From Tubiluchus corallicola (taxonomy: Eukaryota; Animalia; Priapulida), in assembly GCA_030141605.1 (NCBI GenBank), contig JAQGDQ010000042.1, positions 434,001-498,000 on the forward strand: a stretch of 64,000 bases of DNA, given 5' to 3'. Shown here piece by piece: positions 25,787 through 64,000 of the stretch. Position numbers and translations under genes: made by a program. Positions within the stretch are counted from its first letter, which is position 1. Each line of letters starts with the position of its first letter. The notes under the pieces were generated by a model. The model worked only from the letters and a program-made list of their open reading frames with translations, searched no databases and was not told where the DNA came from.

Positions 25787-26866
25787 ACTAGTTGACAATG
25801 TTTCTGACGTGGTCAGAAACTGAAGATTTTGCCAACAGTAGTTGTGAGGTTCAGGCTTAAAGATGAAGAGATGACAGCCTTTTTTGAAAGTGCTTACTTT
25901 CTTTTATTGAATTGCTTGAATACATGGAAACTGCATTTCACAATGAATCCTCAGCATTTAACTGTTCAGCCCATCACCCAAGAGTCAAAGGTCAACAATC
26001 CTGGCATAATTTATGTCATTCAGTTTGTCTCCTTGATACTTTTGGTAGGCCATGGAAGGCATTTGTCTCCTCGACCCCTGTTTTGCCCCTAACTGGGTCA
26101 CAGGTTTACGATTCACACTGTAACCTATACCATTCGATTTGCCTCATCAAGGCCTTTCATTTGACATGGTACTATTTGTAGACACTCGATGCATTTCTGT
26201 TCCCAACCCCCATTTTTCGGTTTTTGCCCCATTTCGGGCTCGCGGATTAGCTATTCTCGTTGCAACCTTTGCCATTCGACTCTTCGCATTGAGACCTTTC
26301 ATTTGATATGCTACATGGCACTATTCTAACACAGCCCCTACCTGAAAAACTACGGGGCAGATGGATCCTAAAGAAAAAGTAAATGAAAACCCGAGCGCTC
26401 CGTGACCTTTGACCTGGCAACTCGGGTAACGTGTATATATATATAACTTTGGCCAGGAGTGTACTTTTTGAGTTTTGTGTCCCTAGCATTCAGCATGTAA
26501 AAAGTCACAAATTGGGTGACCCAAATTTTGCATTTTGGCCCCTCACTCGGGCATTTAAAGCTTGTCAGCTTTTTAAAACCCCAGGTGCACACCTGCCCCA
26601 CAGTACCCAAATACTTGTGAAAAATTTTGAAAATAACGAAAGCCCTAGGAGGAGTTGAATTCTAAAGTAAAACTGACCAATGCCCACTGTCCAGTGGTCA
26701 GCGTTTGCTATACAATTGTACATACCTGCCCAGCTCTACCAACCCTGCGAGTTTGGTGACCCTAGCTTGCAAGACTTACGAGCTATAGAGCGTTAAAGTG
26801 GCGGAGAATGAATAAATAAATATTATTAATAATAACCAGATGAAAAACAGTAAGATTTTGCTATAA
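25787..26866. mobile_element. Helentron/HINE-like element, copy 2, same orientation as copy 1
   Basis: Shares ACTAGTTGAC..GGTCAGAAACTGA, the subrepeats, GTTAAAGTGG.GGAGAAT and AAAAACAGTAAGATTTTGCTA with 16950-18215. Confidence 0.65.
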
Positions 26867-27564
26867 TAATGCTAAATCTGAACAGAAAAGTAATTATGGT
26901 GTTTAAATTAAGATTGTGAAAAAGTGATCGGTGAATGTTCAGTTTTGAGCAAGAAGCATGCATTTTAAGAGTACAAGAATTGCGTAGTTACCGTCGTAAT
27001 GTGAATGCTAAAGGTGTTTTTACTTTAGTATTGTGCGGCGGTTATTTATGATCTAATTGTCCAGTAATGTCATGTTGAGAGCGTGGGTGGGCCGCATGGC
27101 TGCATATTTCTCTTATCTGCAGTTGGCTAATTACCAGTATTTCATAAGACTGCTGCCCCACGTTGTGTTACATAAAAGTTTTGCAAGGTATCGTCATAGA
27201 ACTACACTTACATTGTTAATGCGCAAAAAAGTGCAGTATAACACATGTATTGACATAGGTATAATAACACTATAATTATACTATACCTATTTGTCACATA
27301 GTTATTAAAATTAACTAAGAAACAAAATCGATGTTGCACAGCAGAATAGCATTGATATTGGATGAACCTGGCCTTACTCTTATATAGTTTTCCATCTAGA
27401 TTTGGTTACTGCGTTTATATCCACTGTATTTATAACAATATTATATTAATTTATTCATGACGTTTAATTGCTGAACCAACATCTATTAAAGTTATTAAGA
27501 AGGAGTGTAGAAAGAGTGTGTTGAAACGATCGAAATCACTATGCAAAACCAAGGCGATTCAACC

Positions 27565-27574
27565 AATATGGCGG
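27565..27574 (+). promoter_or_regulatory. YY1-like motif upstream of ASPDH
   Basis: AATATGGCGG ~150 bp before the ATG. A similar GCCATCTTG sits before CLTC at 41677-41685. Confidence 0.4.
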
Positions 27575-27722
27575 TTTTAGTGTTTCGTGCGATGTTACCA
27601 ATATAACCGATCTTGTGATTCTTGTGTGACTGCTATACTGTTATACTGACTGTGAGAGTTACTTTATAAAATTTAACTTGTCCTCATTAAATTTTAGTTT
27701 AAAAATATTTCTACGCTTGAAA

Positions 27723-39095
<11,373 letters not shown>

Positions 39096-40420
39096 AAGTG
39101 TTCTCCTGCATTTTGCTATAACTTTGATGATTGGAAGAAGTATTGGTTGCAAAACAATTTCTGAGGCAATATAGTAAAGCAATTGCACCATCGGCAATTA
39201 TAAAAGAAAATTTATTTTTTTATTAAAGATCAACATAAAGGTGATAAGTTTTTGTAAGAGAAAAATATTTTTGTGTATTTTGTTTATTTGATCATAAGAG
39301 ATTGATCATAAGACCACTATTGCTATATATCAATTGGAAAGCTGTTTGGCAATAGTTACAAAACATTAGCCTTTTTATTTGGAGTTACATCAACCAATTC
39401 TTGTCTATTGACAAAATAATATCCTTTACTCAAATTGTAATTCATGGTGTAAGTACAAACTAACTGTTGTGAAGTTATAACAAGGTAGTTAGTATTTTTA
39501 TAGCTAAATAGTGTGTTATTTTACCATAACAACATGTTGTTCGTTGTTGCCAGAATAATCTAAATACAAAGATAGTTTGTATAAGTCATCAGGTACTCTG
39601 TTGATTATAGCCATTTCTAGTGTCGATAGACTGTCTGTTGTAACATTTTCAAGGAATTCATAATTGCTGCATGCTATGCAGTCCAATATGTCATTCTACT
39701 GACATGCATTACTGAAGCTATGTACATCACTCGTTGTTTGAAGCATCAACATGAGTATGACTCACAGATCATTTCTCACTTATCTTTTTACTTTTCCTGC
39801 TGCTTCATTGGAGTTTTACAGACTTGAAATTTCTTGTGACAACTTGTAACTTTAAGCAGAAAATTCTGATAATAAATAGTAACGCATCATTCTTTGTTTA
39901 TATTTGCTAAATGTCTGATGTGGATAATTTTTATGCCTTTTTGCGTGCCCATGATCTTCCTGGAAAAACAGGAAAAATGGAAAAGTAACATGGCTAGATG
40001 TAACATTTATGAGTGCAGTCAATAAACAATGATTAGCTGGTATTAATCATTTTTTTGTACTCTCATTTGGAACAGTAGTGAAATGATGAAAAAATTTACG
40101 AGACTCTGACCTGTTGGCGAAATTGTACTTGATCTGCTCCGTATCAAAATCTACATACGTCCTGCAATGCCTGCCTTTATACTAACAAAATTGCAAAATG
40201 CTGTATGTAAAACATGGGGCCGTTCTCCCATACCTCAACTGGAAATCAGTTGTGATTGCTAAAGGTTTCAAAATCAAGTAACCATATCAAAATTGTCAAT
40301 TTTGCCATGGATACTTAAATAAACTGCCACCAGATGCTCTTGCCAGAACAACTTTCTTCTATCCAATTCGAAAAATGAGTCAGTATTGTGACATTCACAA
40401 TTTCACATTTCCGGAATTCA

Positions 40421-40533
40421 TAAGCTATTTTAAAAAAATAACTAATAATGCTAACATTTCTACATTTCTAGTATATCATCAGACATTGGGTTAACTGTGG
40501 ATAAAACAAGAATAATTCACAGTTAGTAACAAG

Positions 40534-40584
<51 letters not shown>

Positions 40585-40639
40585 CAATGTAATATACTAG
40601 AAATGTCAGCATTATTAGTTAATTTTTCAAAATAGCTTA
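40421..40639. repeat. Inverted repeat (~60-70 bp arms) enclosing a long (TA)n tract
   Basis: TAAGCTATTT..ACTAATAATGCT.ACATTTCTA..GTATAT..CATTGGGT versus its reverse complement at 40582-40639; (TA)n at ~40537-40582. Confidence 0.85.
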
Positions 40640-41149
40640 TATATGCATAACTGAAAACTGTAATGAAAGTATATTCGTACATTTCTGTTAAATTTTAAGA
40701 ATTATCACTAAAAGAAAAAGACGTGCTCAAAATTCTCTTGTACACAGGCAAGGGAAAAGTTGAAAGAACAGGCTAGAATTCTGCAGCCCAAAATTGTGAT
40801 TATTTTATCAAGCACTTGTAAGTACACCGAGAGCAAGTAAGAGGCTAAGAAAGTGCATATCAATGTAAAATTTGTAAGTAGGGCTTCAAAGTGCAAAAAG
40901 TTGAATCGTAGTAGACAGAGAAGCGCAATCTCTGGCAAATAACAGAATAACATCTACAAACAAGAAGGTTTACTTCGTTTGTGATTTGTTACAAATTGTA
41001 AAAGTGGCTTCATTTGTATGCTTATAGGTAAAAATATAACAGCAAGGTTGTGACCTCTGATGACTCAAAAAAGTTGAACGCGAATAGTAGGTGCATGCGT
41101 AATATAAAAATCAATTGCTCTTAAAGAAAATAAAAAAAATTGAAAACTA

Positions 41150-41430
41150 TAATGCTGCCGCTGAAGATGATACTGACGATAATGATGATGAATACAACAT
41201 GATCCTGATAATGATTATGATAGTTTAAGGATGAAAACTCGTCAAGATAACGATAACAACAGCAATGATGAAAGTGTTGTTGTTGTTGTTAACGTGTAAC
41301 GTGGTAATGATGGTGATAAGAATAATGGAGACAATGCTGATGATATTGGTGATGACAACAATAATGATTATAATGGCGAAAATCATGATAATGATGATAA
41401 CAAAGACATTAATTGATGGCGATGACTGAT
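41150..41430. repeat. Degenerate (GAT/AAT/AAC)n low-complexity tract
   Basis: Directly visible upstream of CLTC. Confidence 0.7.
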
Positions 41431-41783
41431 GACCAGTTGATTCAATTTTGTTTACAACTGATAACTGACAATCAACAATTTATTGGCTAGCCTGTATCTT
41501 TGCCTTAGGCTTCAATCGGCTCTTAAAAAAGAACCATACGTAGCTTCGCTGCAACTACCACCCTAAGTGATGTGTATGATCCGATGTGGAGATTTGAAAT
41601 CTGTAATAGATTCATCGAACGTAGGTTGCGCACGGATACCCGGAACTATTTCGCGGGCGTTTGCACACCGGTAGCTGCCATCTTGAAATGTTGTGTACGT
41701 GGAAGCGTGTCTGAGATAGTTATATTTCACACTTGGTCGTATTAGAGTTTAGCGTTCTTATTTTGTTTGTATTGTTTTCCGTC

Positions 41784-59012
<17,229 letters not shown>

Positions 59013-62000
59013 ACTCCCTATTGTTCTTAATTAGATAACACAGTATGAATTTTTAACTATCTAATGTGTTTTGGGATCTTCAACCACAGGGCTGAAATGA
59101 GGATGAAAATAAAACAGGACATGTACATACAGTGCTGTGCACTGTATTGTATGAGTGATCAGTCTTTCTTCCTGTCACTTTTTATTCTGGTTTTTGGCCT
59201 TGCAGTCCCCCCTCCCTCCCGCACATGCAAGCAGTTCATACCTTTGCGATTATAGTAGCGAATTGTAATGGTACACTTCCTTTTACACATTCTATGTTAT
59301 GTATGGTAATTAAAGGATATATTATCAAAATAAATTAACTATTTGTTATTAATGGACGAGTAATTTACGTTGTATGGCCTGGGTGATTGTTTAAGTACAG
59401 ATAATAAAGATATGAACATTTATTAACAGTATTTAACCTTTGTTCGTCGTATTCCATCTGTTTAATAATGTTTTGCTCGCATTGTTTGTCTTCTGTTGAA
59501 ATTCGTTTTCATTGGTGTTTAATACTGTGATGCGCAACATGTGAGTTTGCATATTCATCCCAGTGAATAACAGAGTTTGCGACTATTTCCTGTGTTTTAT
59601 TTTGCTTGTTAAACTTTGATATTGGCTGAAATTCTTACTGTTCAAAAAGCTCAAAAATTGGAAAACTTCTAGTTTTAAAAATGTACTATTAAGAATCATG
59701 TATCAGTTGCACGTGTTTGTATTTAATGTATTCTTTGTATGAACCTGATGAGTTATTTGTTATTAAAAAAACTAAAAGATCGTTTCTAAAGTTCCGAATG
59801 TGCTACACTTCAGTTTCTGAATAAGTTTTGTTCAAAGTGTTATTTGTGCTATTATCAGTATACAGCTGGCATCTTCCAGTTCAAGGTTTGTTTTAGGCTG
59901 GTGTAACCAGTGAACAAGGTTGCTCATTTTAACCTTTGGAACATTGCAAATTACTGGAAAGTCTCCAGTACTGGTGCTTTTGTGCAAACTTGGATCCTTT
60001 TAAATCACAGGTGTGCACAAGATTTTACAGAGTTATGTCATTTTCACACATACTTTACCAGTTCCCTTCTTACACTTACTGACATGCTTCTAAAAAGCTA
60101 GCTTTTGGACTCTTTGAAGAGTTGTTTGGGGATGGGCGGGCCCATCTAATTATTTTTCTGTTTCGATTATTGTCAGCTATTTTGTATGCATGTAAGCTAA
60201 GTAGATTCGTCTGGCTTTGTGCTCGTGCCATAAATCACTTTGTGGTTGCTTTAGAATGTTGTGTACACAAAATTTGCTTAACTGGATTGCCAGCTTCTAT
60301 GGGTATTTTTTGTCATTTGAAATCTAGAAGGCATGTTTAGCTTAATGTACTACTGTCAGTGCTTCTACTGAATGAGAAATTTGAGAAGACAGTCATCTGT
60401 CATTGATTACTAATCCTAAACCATTCAAATCAGATGTTGCGTAGGTAGATAGATTACTGTGTAAAATGAAAGTAATGAAGCTCACAAAATAGAACTTTAA
60501 GTTTGGGAATTTAATAGTTTCAGTGAAGTGAATCATACAGTGCCTTATTGATGATTAATTGCTGGAACGAAATTTTTTTGATAGTTTTGTTCATTGCAAG
60601 CTTTAGTGTGCTCATTTCATACGTCAGTGGTCTGATTTTTTATTATTACGTTAGTTCATTTGACATTTGTACCAAATAACATCTTTTCACTATAAGCTGT
60701 CTGTCCTGCATTTTGTGAAAAATGCTTGATAATTTTCTTTTGTCGTTTGTGCACTATAAATACTGTTGGACTAACATGATCATTCAAATTCCATTGTTTT
60801 ATTTTAATAATTGTGCAGATTAAAGTCATGGAGACCAATATTTTGCTACTGCATTCTGCTAAATAGTTTACTCACATTAGGTGTTTATATATCATCCAAT
60901 ACGTGATACTGTTATTGATTCTATCTAGAATATAATTTAATAAACATTGCTGATTCTGTATAATGACTCTTTTATGTGTTATTGATATATTTTAACTTTT
61001 GGTCTTGACTAATAGTATGTGATCAAACCGAAGACAAAATGTGCAAACAAGCGTTCAAAAGTTGTGATAATTTCATTCGTTTTATCCAGCCTCGATACAC
61101 CCAGCCGAATATACCTAGAATTAAAGTGGTCATCAGTTGTGTTTTGGAGACATCTAACTTGGAGAAATCTTCTAACTTTTTTGACAAAAACACATGCCAC
61201 GGGTATAAAGAACACACCCTGCAGGTTCAGTGATAACTTCGTTGTGTTTAAGTTGTCGTGAAATTTCAACTCTGCCGGTAAGGAAATTATCACCAAACAT
61301 CCAACTCTGACTGTAAGGAATCTATTACCAAACATATTTAATCAAAGCAAAGCAAAACAAATCTGCTTTATTCAAATCAATATTTGCTTGGTGGTTAATG
61401 TTGCTAACCATGAAATCACTTGTTTGACATGCTTCAATTTTTTGTTGAAACAAATTTTTGGTTCACATTGAAGCTGTATAATTGCACTTTACTGCACTCA
61501 GTAATTAAATCGGCTGCAACTGATTAACTGCTGTTCAAAGTAAATGTTACTAAACTGCTACTGTTTTGGTTTAATTACTAGATGGCATGAAAACAAAAAA
61601 TTACTTTCAAGGCAAATAGGGAATAAAATTTTCAAGCAACAAACACTTACATGTCTGTCTGCGAAATTTCAACTCGTGTCAAAATATCTAAAAAATGATA
61701 TCATCAGTATTAATAATGTTTAATGTTCATTTAAACAAAAGTAATAAAATGTACCTGATTACGCTAATTACATGATGCCCAACCTAATTTCGTATACCAA
61801 CGAGTGAGTATTTACTCTTTCAACAATTATCTATCTAGTATCCATGTGTAAAACCAACATAATTTTAACAATTTTATCTTAAATGAGATTCTATAGTAAA
61901 TGTTCCATATGCATTACAGTCTAATTAACGAGAGCAAAACTAATAGAAGTAAAAGCACATCACACTTTAAATTATGGCATTAATCACGTGAGATTTCTGT

Positions 62001-63567
62001 AGTCAACAAAAGTTCAACACTAGTTTAAAATTTAAAAGAAACCAAAAGTACCGCTAACATATAAAAATATTTTACAATAACAAACAATGTGAAGTCATTA
62101 TATTTGAAAACAGCATTATAATTAATAGTCTGTAAAGCTCACATTTCAATGTGTCACATCTATGTATCGAAGATGTAAAAGGAAAACAAATGCCATGGCT
62201 CAGAAGATACATTGCTATGATTTACTCGTAAGACCTAGCTACAGTATTCCCCCTAAATCAATACTGCTTAAAAACACTAAGTGTTCATACAACATTTTTT
62301 ATTTAATACTACCCTATTAGTATGAAAAAAATAAATGCAAGATGGTGCACCTGACACGGTAAGTTGTAACAATAATCATAATACAAGCCTGAGATTCACT
62401 ATTACCATGCTGTTTGTAAATTGAAAATCACGGCAAAAGGGGTTTTAACTTTTTACCATGACACTAGCCAGCAGTGACCCGTAGATTTGACAAAAAACAA
62501 TAGATTAACAATAACAGTAAAAAGTATCAACTGAATACGAGTGTGAGATTTCTTTCCTTTATATGAGAAAATTGGAAGCACCTATGCATGGCAAGTCTGC
62601 ACACGAGAAAACAGTTCTGATCATGCAAAATTTCAATGTCCATTAGAAGAAACTGTCTGCAATGCAATTCACATTCAAGTTTTCAATATTTATACTAAAC
62701 TTAATTACAGAGGAAATGCAATGCAACTGTCACCCAAACAGCTTAAAATTACTTCCAAATACCACTTTATATGCACTGATGCAAGTATGCATATTAATGC
62801 AGCCTGCAGTCGAACATAGTACAAAATTTTTGCACACAATACCAGTTAGGAGCAGCTTTAACAGTGGACTGCAACACAGCCATACAGGGTGCATGGGCAT
62901 GGTCATAATTATTTTTATGCAAATGGCTTTATTTGCTTGAGGTTTAACATGTCCAAACTTAGCTGCACAAAAATTGCACTAAATGGCAAATAATAATCAA
63001 ATTTCTTGTAAAAAAAGCATCACTTACGATGCAGTCATAAGAATGATTTTTAACAAAGTCTACTAAATAACAAAGTTACAAATGACAATTAAAAATTCTC
63101 TAATTACACTTAGTGCAGTTCCTTTCCTAATCAACTTTTTTTTTGTTTTTTATAATCAACCAACTTTCATTAAAACATGTTGTTACAAATCATAACAGCG
63201 TACATAACACTATCATCAAATACTTCAACAGTCATCAATAATTAAAACAATCGAACAATCACCACTCACTGTTTCACACGTTACTCATAATATTGCAACT
63301 GATTAAAAAAACTCAAAGGTGACGAGAGTAAAGATGTTAGCATTCCCCACTAAAACAAACATTAGAGAAATATAGTAAAATTTGTATGGAATATAAAATT
63401 TAGTAATTTGTAATTTTGTTAAAGCATGATTTGGTCTGACAAGTCTAAAACTACCTAACAAACTTAATACAAGTTTTCAAACAAGGAAATAATTTTAGTT
63501 GCATTAATGTCTAAACATTGCTATGAATAAAAAAATAAAAGACAAAATTATATATATAGCAAATAAA

Positions 63568-63725
63568 GGATTCAGTTTGCAGCCTGCCAAACTGTACAAA
63601 AAAATCATAATTTGCAAAAACTAAAAAGCAACTGAGTGTTGGATTCAGTTTGCAGTGTGCCAAACTGACAAAAAACATGATTTGCAAAAAGTAAAACTAA
63701 ATGCTGAATTCAATTTGCAGTGTGT
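63568..63725. repeat. ~70-bp tandem repeat (about 2.3 copies) with an internal palindrome
   Basis: GGATTCAGTTTGCAG..TGCCAAACTG.ACAAAAAA..CAT.ATTTGCAAAAA repeated. Confidence 0.75.
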
Positions 63726-64000
63726 AACTACACTTAAAAGCTTGAGAAGATTTAAATTAGCGAGCTAATTTTTCCTCAGTAATGCCTTTTGGCAGCCTTA
63801 TGTTACGCTGAGAGTCTAAAATTAACTTGCTAATTTATAAAAAGGAGATAAGATAAAATCTGTAGGACTTATCTCTAAAATAATTTGAATGAAAAACAAC
63901 AAAAACTAAAAATCCACCTAACAAAAATCTCATTAGACAAGCAAACTAAACCTAGCAACAACGAGTAATAAAGCAGATGTGAGCAAAGTCATCACAACAG

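Noticed and set aside
16950-26866. Composite transposon carrying CTR9
   Set aside because: IFT20 runs intact across the left copy, so the two copies are independent insertions.
61009-61335. 108-aa minus-strand ORF as a stand-alone gene
   Set aside because: No recognisable homology; kept only as a possible last exon in the micro-exon hypothesis.

Overview
AT-rich, intron- and repeat-rich animal DNA, probably an invertebrate such as an arthropod; it is not prokaryotic. I reconstructed genes by hand from splice signals and from remembered protein homology. From left to right: one isolated N6AMT1/HemK2 exon (+), intronless CASD1 (-), 4-exon IFT20 (-) head-to-head with intronless CTR9 (+), 8-exon ASPDH (+) and a complete 32-exon clathrin heavy chain (+). 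Mobile DNA comprises LINE fragments (L2/Crack-, CR1- and RTE-like), a decayed Gypsy LTR element, piggyBac-like and hAT-like MITEs, and two Helentron/HINE-like copies. The main signals the ORF track does not explain are: (1) clathrin introns host box C/D snoRNAs, namely three SNORD79-like copies and one further dual-guide candidate; (2) CASD1 and CTR9 have no coding introns although their neighbours keep ancestral introns; (3) a 29-codon uORF stops on the CASD1 start codon (ATGA overlap); (4) two (TA)n-centred foldbacks, one enclosing a 32-bp array; (5) the orphan N6AMT1 exon. Homology, rRNA and human exon-size comparisons are from memory; no searches were run.
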